Of a DNA stretch of 64,000 bases, positions 44,191-53,920 are shown in pieces (the first letter of the stretch is position 1; each line of letters starts with the position of its first letter). The DNA comes from an uncultured Spirochaetaceae bacterium. Its GTDB lineage: Bacteria; Myxococcota_A; UBA9160; UBA4427. The stretch is taken from positions 27,674-91,673 of the forward strand of contig CAZMFM010000002.1 in NCBI GenBank assembly GCA_964565565.1. The letters run 5' to 3'. Below the pieces are notes generated by a model. It searched no databases and was not told the DNA's origin. It was given only the letters and a program-made list of their open reading frames with translations. A program made the position numbers and the translations under genes.

Positions 44191-46155
44191 CTAGGCCCGC
44201 CTGGTCCGCCGACTAAAGGCAGTGAGGAGAAGCAAGCCTACCATGAGCCCCGCCGAGACCCTTGGCTCGGGTAGGAATTGAACCGAGACGTTGTCGAACC
44301 GTGCGAAGAGGGAGCCGTTCCCAGAAAAGCGTATCGAACGGATACCGGCGCCCGAAATGCAGAGCGTCTGGGTCACGCCCAGAGCAGAGGTCACTTCGCC
44401 GATCTGCAGGCCGACTGAATCGAAGGCCCGCAACACGGCGGCATGAGTCGGACCGTCTGGTAGCACGTCCACACATACCTGGGAGGCGTTCGCCGCAAGG
44501 GTCGCTTCGACCATTCCGAACCCATTCTCGCTGATATCGGAGGCGCCTCCTTCATTGCATACACTGACGACGTTAGGCGAAGATCCGAATCCAATCGGCT
44601 GGTCCGAGTTTGCGTAGACCTCGGGTCCACACAAAGTGCCCGGGCCCACGCGGTCGAAGATCACGCCCAGGCTCTGGTATGCGAGGTTCACTTCGGTACC
44701 CGCCGGTAGGGAAACGCCTTGCGGGTCCAGATCGAAGTCGATGAGCAGTAAGCCCGGCGCAGCCGGCACGACCGCGATTCCCCAAGGATCGCTCAAAGGG
44801 GCGCCAACCAGGACATCCTCGATGACCGAGCCGTCGAAATTCGCTCGCGAAATCGTGCGAGTGAGCACGGGCTTCGTCCACCAAACCTTGCCAGTATCGA
44901 GTCCAAGCGCCACGCCACGTGGTCGCGTCCCTGTCGTGACAAGGTCTTCGACCCCTGTTCCGTCGAGGTTCATTCGCCGAAGTTTCTCGGCACCGAGCTC
45001 CACCCAATAGACCTTGCCACCTGAGGGGTCGACATCGAGGTCGTGAGGGTACAGGCCCGTGGTGGCGAGGATTTCCACGGCGGTGCCGTCCAGGTTCGAG
45101 CGCAGGATCTGGAGATTTCCCTGCGATTGGTAGTACATCTTTCCCGCACCGAGATCGAGTCCAATACCGCGCGGAGTGCTGATGTTGTGGATGACGGTGA
45201 AGTTGCTGCCGTCGAGGTTCGTGCGGATGATCTGACTGCTCGAAAAATTCGTCACGTAGATATGGCCAGCGATCGGATCGATCTCGATCCCGTTCGGAAA
45301 GTCGAGACCGGTGCTCACCAGGGTGACGACATTACTCCCGTCGAGATTCGAGCGCATGACGGAATCCGTAACCGTCGCGCACCAATAGATGTACCCGTTG
45401 CTGAGATCGACGGTCAGGTCACTGGGAACATTCGGATTCGAAACGATCAGCGTGACACCCGTACCGTCCGCGTTCATTGCCCTGATCGTATTCTCGCCCC
45501 GATCCGCCCAATAGACAGCGAACGAGACCGGAACCGGCGGCCATGTCATGGAGGTGATCTGCCAGGTCGGCGTCCAGGATGGAATCCCGGATTGGTTCCA
45601 CGTCATATTGAGAAAGGCGGTCTCGAAGGCGGACAGTGGCGGCCCGAAGGTGGGCAGGTCGGTATTCGAGAAAACGGTTGCGTCCTGATCGATCATCTGC
45701 AGATTGAGCGCGGTCAGCGTCGCGGTTGAAGCCGCGCCGAACAATCCTCCCCCAGCAATCGTAACGGCATCTGCCGGCGGCGCACTCACGTTGTTGGCAA
45801 TCGCCAGCGTTCCAAACGTCGCGCCGCCGATGACTCCGGTTACGGTCGTAAAGTCGAAGGACGAGAGCGAATAGGTCGTTGGATTGGCGCCGCTACCGCT
45901 CGACGTGCTCTCGTAGGTAAACGTACCCGATAGGGTCAGGCCGAGGCTTGCAAAGCAATCCGCGAAGCAAGTGCCCCCGACCATTGAGGCCTCGAACGGC
46001 ACGACGACCTCGACCGCCTGGGCGGGCACGACTAGCAGTGAGGGAAACAGCAGAAGCGCGGCTAACAGCGAACTCGACCAGGAACCCAGACGGCGTACTC
46101 GAAACATTCCAATCGGGGTGTGGCGGGTCTTTTGGGTCCTGATCGATGTGGTCAT
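44191..46155 (-). CDS. secreted six-bladed YWTD (LDL-receptor class B-type) beta-propeller protein with PEP-CTERM anchor
   Basis: Six repeats: VYWADRGENTIRAMNADGTG, YIYWCATVTDSVMRSNLDGSN, HIYVTNFSSSQIIRTNLDGSN, KMYYQSQGNLQILRSNLDGTA, KVYWVELGAEKLRRMNLDGTG, KVWWTKPVLTRTISRANFDGS. Signal peptide present. C-terminus ..FDNVSVQFLPEPRVSAGLMVGLLLLTAFSRRTRRA*. Confidence 0.85.
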   Translation of the reverse strand: MTTSIRTQKTRHTPIGMFRVRRLGSWSSSLLAALLLFPSLLVVPAQAVEVVVPFEASMVGGTCFADCFASLGLTLSGTFTYESTSSGSGANPTTYSLSSFDFTTVTGVIGGATFGTLAIANNVSAPPADAVTIAGGGLFGAASTATLTALNLQMIDQDATVFSNTDLPTFGPPLSAFETAFLNMTWNQSGIPSWTPTWQITSMTWPPVPVSFAVYWADRGENTIRAMNADGTGVTLIVSNPNVPSDLTVDLSNGYIYWCATVTDSVMRSNLDGSNVVTLVSTGLDFPNGIEIDPIAGHIYVTNFSSSQIIRTNLDGSNFTVIHNISTPRGIGLDLGAGKMYYQSQGNLQILRSNLDGTAVEILATTGLYPHDLDVDPSGGKVYWVELGAEKLRRMNLDGTGVEDLVTTGTRPRGVALGLDTGKVWWTKPVLTRTISRANFDGSVIEDVLVGAPLSDPWGIAVVPAAPGLLLIDFDLDPQGVSLPAGTEVNLAYQSLGVIFDRVGPGTLCGPEVYANSDQPIGFGSSPNVVSVCNEGGASDISENGFGMVEATLAANASQVCVDVLPDGPTHAAVLRAFDSVGLQIGEVTSALGVTQTLCISGAGIRSIRFSGNGSLFARFDNVSVQFLPEPRVSAGLMVGLLLLTAFSRRTRRA

Positions 46156-46748
46156 GATCGTCTCCCTGGTTGCTCAGTGTTGAGTGCTCCGCGTTCGAGA
46201 ATTCACATTCGCCGCGTCGAGCCCAACGTCGGCCGAGCAACCGACCCAACGACCATCCCTAACACCGAGTGAGAAGCAATCTGCGTACCAACTGCGGAAC
46301 CCGTTCCTTCGACGAGAGCGCACAATCGATTCGGATGCGGGACAGCGTGTCACGGTGCGCCTTGAATGTGAGACACGTCGCCATGTCCTCACCCGGTCAA
46401 CGGATGCTCATCGTTTCGCGGCGGGGTTGGTCGCGCCGAGTGCGAGCCAGTCCTTGGGGCCGGCGATTACGTTCTCCTCTAGCTTGCGTGTGGCCTCGGG
46501 CTCCCCATGATGTGGCGATCTGCGTCGTAGTATTTTTGTCAGCGGGTGTAGGTTTCCATGGGTTTTGGATTGGTTCTTCTCCATGATGACGTCAAGGGAA
46601 GAGCCGGAACATCTGCCCAGCGCATTATGCGGCTCGGCGTGGGGCGCGATTGTGCAGTGTTCTCGTCTATGAGACGCTCTGGGACGATCGGGGGAGCGAT
46701 GCCGGCGCCCGTGGTCGACGAGTTGGAGGTTGAGTGGGAGCAACGACG

Positions 46749-47537
46749 ATGAATCATGTGACGGGTGACGAGCCGCTCATCCCGGTTGGGTCTTTGTCCT
46801 GGCGGGTCTTCAAGAATCCCATCGCAGCCTACGTCGGTGGCGTCACCGCCGTGCTCCTCGAACTCGCGGAGCCGCGTGTTCGGACTGGCGTCTGGGAGCA
46901 CACGACGTTTCGCACCGATCCGCTCAATCGGATGCGGCGAACGGGCGAAGCCACGATCGTGACGGTATACGGCGCGCGCAAGGATGCAGATAAGTTGATT
47001 TCGCGGATTCGCAAGATGCATGAATCCGTGCGGGGCGTGACGCCGAACGATCAGCCCTATCATGCGAATGATCCGGAGCTGCTCGATTGGGTTCACGCGA
47101 CGGCGAGTTATGGCTTCCTCGAAGCCTACTGCGCCTTCGTCAAGCCCGTTTCCGAGAAACAGAAAGACGAGTTCTACTCTGATGGAACCGACGCGGCCTT
47201 TCTTTACGGGGCCGTCGGAGCGCCATGCTCCGAAGCCGCGCGCGCGGCTCAGTTCCAGGCGATGTTGCCACGACTCGAACCCTCGCCAATCATCTTCGAG
47301 TTTATCGAGATCCTCGAAACGACCCGGATTCTTCCTTCTCCCTTTCGTTTGCTTCAGAAGCCGCTGATGCGGGCATCGATTGCGATTCTGCCGGTGGAGG
47401 TGAGGACCCGACTCGAACTCGGCCCTGAATACGATCTGGGTCGCAGCGAACGCGCCTTGATCCGATGGCTCGGTCGCCGGGCAAATGGCTTGCCGGCGCC
47501 GCTTCCTCGAAACACCCGAACTCGACACTACGGCTGA
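46749..47537 (+). CDS. MpaB/DUF2236-family oxygenase-like protein
   Basis: ..SLSWRVFKNPIAAYVGGVTAVLLELAEPRVRTGVWEHTTFRTDPLNRMRRT..KMHESVRG..YHANDPELLDWVHAT.. matches the DUF2236 pattern. Confidence 0.75.
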   Translation: MNHVTGDEPLIPVGSLSWRVFKNPIAAYVGGVTAVLLELAEPRVRTGVWEHTTFRTDPLNRMRRTGEATIVTVYGARKDADKLISRIRKMHESVRGVTPNDQPYHANDPELLDWVHATASYGFLEAYCAFVKPVSEKQKDEFYSDGTDAAFLYGAVGAPCSEAARAAQFQAMLPRLEPSPIIFEFIEILETTRILPSPFRLLQKPLMRASIAILPVEVRTRLELGPEYDLGRSERALIRWLGRRANGLPAPLPRNTRTRHYG

Positions 47538-47783
47538 AAGGCTTCGCCTGTTTAGGCACGGCGATTTTCTCCGAGTAAGTCCTGTTGTCGTTTGGTCGTG
47601 GAGAACCTGGAATGTCCCGGAGTTTTCTCGCAGCCGGGGGTCGTCGGAGATTCGCCGATCCCATTGAGCTCCGTGAGATCGACGAAATCAGTTCCGCCTC
47701 CGAGCCGCGAGACTGATCATTGCCAGCCCATGCGCAGAGTAGCCATCGAGCAGCGAAGCAAGGCAGATCGGTTTCTCTCGCGG

Positions 47784-48623
47784 CTATCGCGGCAGCGTGC
47801 CGGCGAGAGATCGCTCCGGACGCTTGCGGGAAATCAATACCAGCATCACGATTCCCGGTCCGATCAGGCTTGAGAGCGAGGGCTCGGGAAGCGCTTGAAC
47901 GTTGTCGAATGTGCCGATGATCGGAGCGACGGGAAAGTCATTCAGATCGTATTCGGTCTCGACCAGGACGCCGGCGAAGCCACTTGAATAGAAGGCATCG
48001 GTGGCTGTGACAGTCGAAAGGATCTCCGCCGTCGAACCGGCAAGCAACCGCGCAGTCAAATTCGACCCGAGCAAGAAGAATTGGACGCTGTAGGTTTCAT
48101 TCGGATCGATCACGATCGACGAATCGACTGCCAACGGGACCAGGAAGTCGAAGAAGTCGTCGCTCCGGGCAATGGCGAAAAAGGAATTCGCAAAATCGAC
48201 CCCGGCGACGTAAGCCGTACCGGCTACAGGATCTCCCCGACCGATGACCGCGAGAATATTCTGCTGCCCGTCGATCGGCTTTGCGTTGATGTCGGCCAAA
48301 ACCGCCATTTCGCCAAGCGTCTGGCTGACATAACCAAAGCCATCCGTCGCGCCCCCGCCCCCATCGCGAGAGGCGGTGGTCGTATGGCTGATGCGCAGAT
48401 AGTCGTCTGCGCCGTCCTCGACGATCTCAAAAGCGGAAACGCCGGTAGTCGGAGGATTGCCGACGTCATCCACGACCTCGAACGTCCACGTCTGGGCAAA
48501 GCCGGTGTCAAACCCTTCCGCCCAGTCGGCATGTCCCACACCAGCGAAGACCAGGACTCCAGAAACGATGCCAGTGATTGAAAGGATTCGAGTCGAAGCA
48601 AAGGTCCCGTTCGTCATGCCCAT
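47784..48623 (-). CDS. PEP-CTERM-anchored secreted protein (concanavalin/LamG-like size)
   Basis: Signal peptide ..ILSITGIVSGVLVFAGVGHA. C-terminus ..GTFDNVQALPEPSLSSLIGPGIVMLVLISRKRPERS.. Confidence 0.8.
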   Translation of the reverse strand: MGMTNGTFASTRILSITGIVSGVLVFAGVGHADWAEGFDTGFAQTWTFEVVDDVGNPPTTGVSAFEIVEDGADDYLRISHTTTASRDGGGGATDGFGYVSQTLGEMAVLADINAKPIDGQQNILAVIGRGDPVAGTAYVAGVDFANSFFAIARSDDFFDFLVPLAVDSSIVIDPNETYSVQFFLLGSNLTARLLAGSTAEILSTVTATDAFYSSGFAGVLVETEYDLNDFPVAPIIGTFDNVQALPEPSLSSLIGPGIVMLVLISRKRPERSLAGTLPR

Positions 48624-48936
48624 GTCGATTCCTCCGCGAGGCCTATTCGATGGCTGGCCCACAGTGAAATCACTGCACCGATCGTGCCAGTGAGGGGCAC
48701 GCACAGTCGGATCGTCACGACATCGCGCGTGGCATCACGCCACCCGCCTGCCTCCAATCTGAGACAGGCTGACGCACCCAAAACGATCCGACAAATCAGG
48801 GAACGTCGCATGGCGCGATCCCAGCGGACTCATGCTCGGACATCGAATTATGGGAACCGTGGTTACGCACCTGGAGCCAACGTTCTACCTGGGCCGGTTT
48901 CCCAAGGCAGGTCCACCCATCGATTCAGTCCTGCTT

Positions 48937-49095
48937 TCAGGGCTGCATCTTTGACTTCAGGGACGCAATGAACAGGAGACCCATGCCGAGCAGGAGTGCC
49001 GCGGACGGTTCGGGAACAACGACGGCTGCGACGTCATGCCTAACGCCCTGGCCACCTAGCTTTTCTCTGCTGGAGATTCCGCCGTAAGGTCGTCG
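48937..49095 (-). pseudogene. orphan PEP-CTERM sorting-signal fragment without a start codon
   Basis: The minus-strand frame is open only from 49095 and reads RRPYGGISSREKLGGQGVRHDVAAVVVPEPSAALLLGMGLLFIASLKSKMQP*. No ATG, GTG or TTG lies upstream of the PEP motif. Its 5' part overlaps the 3' end of the molybdoenzyme gene. Confidence 0.5.
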
Positions 49096-51410
49096 TCAAG
49101 TTTGTGGGTCGACGTCACCGCCACTGGAATCGCGCTCATTCGTGGGATGCCCGTATGGGGGTCGCAGTCGCGTTGATTGTCGATGAGGCGTCCCGTGTTG
49201 CTGCCGACCGCATGGACGTCCGCGTCGTGGTTGGGCGTTTCCCCGAAACAATGGGCCATTGAAAGGATCCCGCGGCGCAGTTCGGGCGCCGGTTCAACCA
49301 CTCCGAGAATCGACCCATGGGCCGAGGAGATCTCGACGAGGTCACCTTTTTGGACGCCTAATGTTTTCAGGTCTTCGGGGTGTAGAAAGGCGGGATTGTA
49401 TGGGCGCCGACCGTTCAGTTTCGCGATATCTCGTCCGCTCGAGTTGTAGACGTTTGGAAGTCGACGCGAGATCAGTTGGAAGGGGAAGGCGGCCTCACGG
49501 TTTTCAGGAGTTGCGTCGTCGCCGACGGTTGCGCTGGTTTCGGGCGCGTAGGCCGTTACAACATTCGGTACCACGGCGATCGGTTCCGACCGTATGGCCA
49601 ACAGTTCGGCCAACATGTCCGGATTTCCGACATTGAGGTGATCCGTCGACTCCGGAGGGCCGGGCGCGACGCAAATCTGCTCGTCGTCGTAGATCTTTCC
49701 GTGGCGATGGCGGCGGATCTCGTCGAGGGGAATGCGCGAGCCGTTCATCAATTGGTCGAGTACCCAATCGGAGGAGGGCGGCGTTTGCATATCGAACTCG
49801 AAGGCCTCGCGTCGTTCGCGAAGCACACCGGTTTCCGGGCGGATCGGGTAACACTTGAGCTTGATGCCCATGCGTTGAGCGAGGCCATAGAAGAAGGTCC
49901 ATTCTTCAATGACGTCTGCACCCTCAGGCGGGTCGACGATGGCCGGGGTGTATTGCGCGTAGGGTTCGGGATAGCCGTGGGCGACATAGGTCTGCTCGAT
50001 CGCCTCGCTCGAAACGGAAATGCCGGGAACTTCGAGGGATAGCTTCGGGGCGATCACATAGTCAGCGAATTTCGACGTAGCCGACATCTTCATGTCGAGG
50101 GTCACGAGCAGATCGAGTTTCTCGATGGCCCGAATGGTTTTCTGCTGGTCGGGCCAGGCAGCGACCGGGTTGCCGCCGATACAGATGAGGGCGCGGATTC
50201 GCCCCTCGCCTTCATAGAGTATTTCATCCGAGAGCGCAGCGGTCGGGAGGCCCGCGGCGGAGCTTCCGAGGCTCCGGGAGAGCAGGGTATCGCCGGTTCC
50301 CCAACCCGGTCGCGGCGGCAGTGCCATCGCCATGGGTGTCGCCGGCGGCAGCAGCGCGCCTGGATTTGGGATGGACTCGCCCTCGCGTCGCCATCGTCCA
50401 CAGACCGTATTCAGAGCGAGCAACAGGTACTCGGTGAGGTTGCCGTGCGGCGACATATTAGGCCCCGTACCGGCAACCCCGCAGCCGCGGAGGCGTTGGC
50501 CTTCACGCGGGTTTCCGGCAAAGGTCCGCGCCGCGACTTCGATCTCTTCGGGCCTGAGGCCGGCGCGCCTGGCCGCATAGTCGGGCGTGAAGCGAGCGAC
50601 GCCCTCGGCCAGTTCGCTGAAGCCAGAGACATGGGCCTTGCAAAATTCGCTGTCGAAGCGTTCCTCGCGAAGGATGACATGCAGCATGGCGGCCAGGATC
50701 GCCGGGTCCTCCCCCGCACGCGGTTGCAGGTAGACATCGGCGAAGCGCGCGACTTCGGTCTTGCGCGGATCGATCACGATGAGCTTCAACCCGTTCCCGC
50801 TCCCGTCCTTGCCCTTTTTTGCCGCGCGCAATCTCCGGCCCGGATTGCTCGGTGGGATTCCCCCGGAAATCGAGATCAAAGGGTTGTTTCCGACTAGCAT
50901 CCACACGTCTGATTCGTCGAAGACGTGAGAACCGCCGAGCCAGCGGCCGTGTATCGCGTTTGCGACGTGCTTGCCGGGCTGGTCGATGGAGGCCGCTGTG
51001 AAGATCATTCTCGAGCCGAGGCCGACCAACCAGCCGACGCTGGTCGGGATCGTGGCCGCATGCGGTCCGGAAAAGGTTCCCGGGTAGAGGGCGACGGAGC
51101 GGGGCCCGTGTTCGGCGACGATCTTGGAGATACGCGCCGCGACCTCGTCCATCGCCACCGCGCTCGAGATCGAGCGATAGCTTCCGTCTTCTTGGCGCCT
51201 CTGCGAATGGAGGAGGCGGTCTGCATGGCCGTGTTGTTCGGGAAGCGAGCGGCCCTTGGCGCAACTGAATCCGAAATACGCCGGGTTGTCGGGATCGCCT
51301 ATGACCCGAGCGGGTCTGCCGTTTTCGACGGTGACGAGGATTCCGCAATTCGCATGACAGAAACGACAGATCGAGGGGTGAGCCTGCATCGCCCGGGGCT
51401 CGACTGTCAT
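49056..51410 (-). CDS. molybdopterin-dependent oxidoreductase (DMSO reductase/formate dehydrogenase superfamily), cytoplasmic
   Basis: N-terminal Fe-S motif ICRFCHANCGILV..FSCAKG. 784 aa. C-terminal molydopterin-dinucleotide-binding-like ..GDLVEISSAHGSILGVV.. No Tat signal. Confidence 0.85.
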   Translation of the reverse strand: MTVEPRAMQAHPSICRFCHANCGILVTVENGRPARVIGDPDNPAYFGFSCAKGRSLPEQHGHADRLLHSQRRQEDGSYRSISSAVAMDEVAARISKIVAEHGPRSVALYPGTFSGPHAATIPTSVGWLVGLGSRMIFTAASIDQPGKHVANAIHGRWLGGSHVFDESDVWMLVGNNPLISISGGIPPSNPGRRLRAAKKGKDGSGNGLKLIVIDPRKTEVARFADVYLQPRAGEDPAILAAMLHVILREERFDSEFCKAHVSGFSELAEGVARFTPDYAARRAGLRPEEIEVAARTFAGNPREGQRLRGCGVAGTGPNMSPHGNLTEYLLLALNTVCGRWRREGESIPNPGALLPPATPMAMALPPRPGWGTGDTLLSRSLGSSAAGLPTAALSDEILYEGEGRIRALICIGGNPVAAWPDQQKTIRAIEKLDLLVTLDMKMSATSKFADYVIAPKLSLEVPGISVSSEAIEQTYVAHGYPEPYAQYTPAIVDPPEGADVIEEWTFFYGLAQRMGIKLKCYPIRPETGVLRERREAFEFDMQTPPSSDWVLDQLMNGSRIPLDEIRRHRHGKIYDDEQICVAPGPPESTDHLNVGNPDMLAELLAIRSEPIAVVPNVVTAYAPETSATVGDDATPENREAAFPFQLISRRLPNVYNSSGRDIAKLNGRRPYNPAFLHPEDLKTLGVQKGDLVEISSAHGSILGVVEPAPELRRGILSMAHCFGETPNHDADVHAVGSNTGRLIDNQRDCDPHTGIPRMSAIPVAVTSTHKLDDDLTAESPAEKS

Positions 51411-51683
51411 GCGGCTGCCTCGCGAAGGGGATGATGGTGATGAAGGGATGAAGGCCAGGCCTCTTGTCGGCCTGTCCGGTCGCCCGGGTCGGTCGCCGGG
51501 TAGCGGCCTTGCCCGAAAACCTGCTTGTAGAAGGTCGAACGAAAATAGTGCAACGATCCCGGCTTGTCCTCCATTCCTGCGCGCCCATCCGCACCGCTCC
51601 GACTCGTCTTGGCGCGGGGCAATCCTCGATTGCAGGTCAGCGACAGGGTCTGCGTCGATTGCCGAAGCGACATCTGGCTTCGA

Positions 51684-52862
51684 CTAAGTTGGATTGGCCA
51701 CCCGGCGCCAATGGGCCATTGCCAGGAGGGCGATCGCCACCAGGACCGCGCCAATTGCGAGCAAAACCGGGCGCTGGCTCCACTCATCCATCGCCAGGCC
51801 CACTGTCGGGCCGATAATCAGAAAGCTGACCCTGAACGACAGACTACGGAACGAGAGGAAGCCGGCGCGGTCGTCGCTGGGAATCAGGCGTTGTTCTTCG
51901 TGACCCAGTGGCGGTGAAAACAGACCGCGCATGATCGTCAGCGAAAAATAGAAAAGCACTCCCCAAAGGCTGCTGGTCAACCCCATGCCTGCGTATCCGA
52001 TCGCGATCAATGCGATGCAGAGATACATCATTCGGACCAGGCCGAGGCGATTCGCTAGTCGTGTGGCATAGAGCGAAGACAGTGCAACGCTGTAATTGGC
52101 CGTCGCCCACATGAGGCCCAACCAACTCGCATCCATTCCAGAATCGGTCGCGTAGAGCTGGATCGTCCAAACGGGAATGAATGAAGACATGCCCAAGGCG
52201 ATCGTCAGCAACATGATCGCTCGTAGTTTCGGATCAACACGCGCTACGTGATGGACGAGCGCTTTGATCTGCTTCCAGTTCTCACCCGAACTCGGCCGAT
52301 GTCGCCTCGGTTCGACCATGCGCCAGGCCACAGTCAGATTCACAATCCAGACGACCACTTCCGCTACGAACGGCAGTCGCGCCCAATGCGCGAACATCAA
52401 ACCCGCGACCAACGCCGCCGAACCCTCGCCTAATTGCCCCCAGAAGCGGACGCGCCCATTCCACTTGCCGTATTCCTGCTCGCGGTTCGTCTCCTTGAGC
52501 GACTCGTACATGAGCGCCGCGTCACAGCCTGAGATGAGCGATAGCCCCAAGCCGAGCACCATTTCGCCCGCGATGACTCCGCCGATGCCATCCGCGCGCG
52601 CGTAGATTGAATAGCCGATCGCATTCATCACAGCGGCAATCAGCAACGTGTGCCGATAGCCGACACGGTCCGCCAAGTAGCCCGATGGAAACTCGAACAA
52701 CGCCATCGCGAGTCCGAATCCACCTTGCACCAGCATGATTTCGGTCATGCTCATGCCCAGGTCGTCGCGGTAGAAAACCGTCAGGATTGCCATCGGAAAG
52801 AGGCTCATCTGCAGCGCATGAAAGACGCAGAGGAGCGGCGGGTTGCGGTGCAATGAGGACAT
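51684..52862 (-). CDS. MFS transporter
   Basis: About 12 predicted TM helices and the loop motif ..GYLADRVGYRH.. (MFS motif A-like). Confidence 0.85.
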   Translation of the reverse strand: MSSLHRNPPLLCVFHALQMSLFPMAILTVFYRDDLGMSMTEIMLVQGGFGLAMALFEFPSGYLADRVGYRHTLLIAAVMNAIGYSIYARADGIGGVIAGEMVLGLGLSLISGCDAALMYESLKETNREQEYGKWNGRVRFWGQLGEGSAALVAGLMFAHWARLPFVAEVVVWIVNLTVAWRMVEPRRHRPSSGENWKQIKALVHHVARVDPKLRAIMLLTIALGMSSFIPVWTIQLYATDSGMDASWLGLMWATANYSVALSSLYATRLANRLGLVRMMYLCIALIAIGYAGMGLTSSLWGVLFYFSLTIMRGLFSPPLGHEEQRLIPSDDRAGFLSFRSLSFRVSFLIIGPTVGLAMDEWSQRPVLLAIGAVLVAIALLAMAHWRRVANPT

Positions 52863-53023
52863 CGGTCCGAATCATACGTTCTCGTGGTACGCCCGCCCGT
52901 TTGGTTCTAGAGAACGCAACTCAAAACAGGACCAGAAAGTACTAGACTCCCTGGGTACGTTCGTTTCTTCCGAGCCGACCTCGCTGGGGCGACCTTGTAC
53001 CCAGGCAGGGAAAGGAGCTGATT

Positions 53024-53920
53024 TTGCTCAAATGGAATTACCGCATGGTGGCCGCAATGGAATTTCTATTCGTCGGTCTATTCATCGGTCTTGTCGCTAG
53101 CGGTTGCTCTGAGGCACCCGAGATCGCGAGCGTCGAGCCGGACGCGACGGCTGAAGTGCGGGTCGAAGAAGCGACCAAGACGAGCGAGCCAGTAGTGAGT
53201 GCCGAGACCAAGGCGCGCATCGACACCTTTACGGCCGATGTCGTGACTAGCATCAGGCGTTGTGCCGACTTCCTGGCAGCACAGGAGAATATAAGCGTTC
53301 AAGCCGACGTCGCTTATGAGGTGCTTCAACCGAATGGGCAAATGCTCGAATTCGGCGGGACCCGCGATTTTCTGATCCGGCGACCCGATCGCCTGCGCTT
53401 CGAAGCTGTCAACCGCGACGGAAACGTCACACAGTTCTTCTTCGACGGGAACTCGATTTCAATCGACAAGCCCAACGAAGATGCGTACGTCCGCATCGAA
53501 AGACCCGGAACCTACTACGCCGCGATGGATTACCTGGTGGACGATCTGGGTGCGCCGTCAGCACTCGACGATTTCTTCTCCGAGAACCTCGCCGAGGGAG
53601 TCGAAACGAAGATCGTGTCAGGCTTCTTCGTACAACGCGTCATGCTCGATGACCATGTCTGCGAACAACTGGCCTGGCGAACCAAAGACGTCGATGTCCA
53701 ACTCTGGGTACGCGAGGGAGAGGAGGCCGTTCCGTGCCGCGTCGTCATCACGTACGTGAATTTCGAGGGACATCCCCAGTTTTCAGCGGATTTTCATGAT
53801 TGGGACTTCGCTCCCGATGTCGACGACGAATTGTTTACGTTCATACCTCCCGAGAGCGCCGAACAACTTCAGGCCCAGGCCTATGTCAAGGATCTGCGTG
53901 ACCATGTGGAGGGCAAATAA
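53024..53920 (+). CDS. DUF2092 (LolA-like fold) periplasmic lipoprotein
   Basis: TTG start 6 nt after AGGAG. Lipobox-like LVASGC. ..FGGTRDFLIRRPDRLRFE..FFFDGNSISI..GAPSALDDFF..CEQLAWRTKDVDVQLWV..PCRVVITY..PQFSADFHDWDF..LFTFIPPESAEQL matches my recollection of the DUF2092 consensus. Confidence 0.7.
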   Translation: MLKWNYRMVAAMEFLFVGLFIGLVASGCSEAPEIASVEPDATAEVRVEEATKTSEPVVSAETKARIDTFTADVVTSIRRCADFLAAQENISVQADVAYEVLQPNGQMLEFGGTRDFLIRRPDRLRFEAVNRDGNVTQFFFDGNSISIDKPNEDAYVRIERPGTYYAAMDYLVDDLGAPSALDDFFSENLAEGVETKIVSGFFVQRVMLDDHVCEQLAWRTKDVDVQLWVREGEEAVPCRVVITYVNFEGHPQFSADFHDWDFAPDVDDELFTFIPPESAEQLQAQAYVKDLRDHVEGK

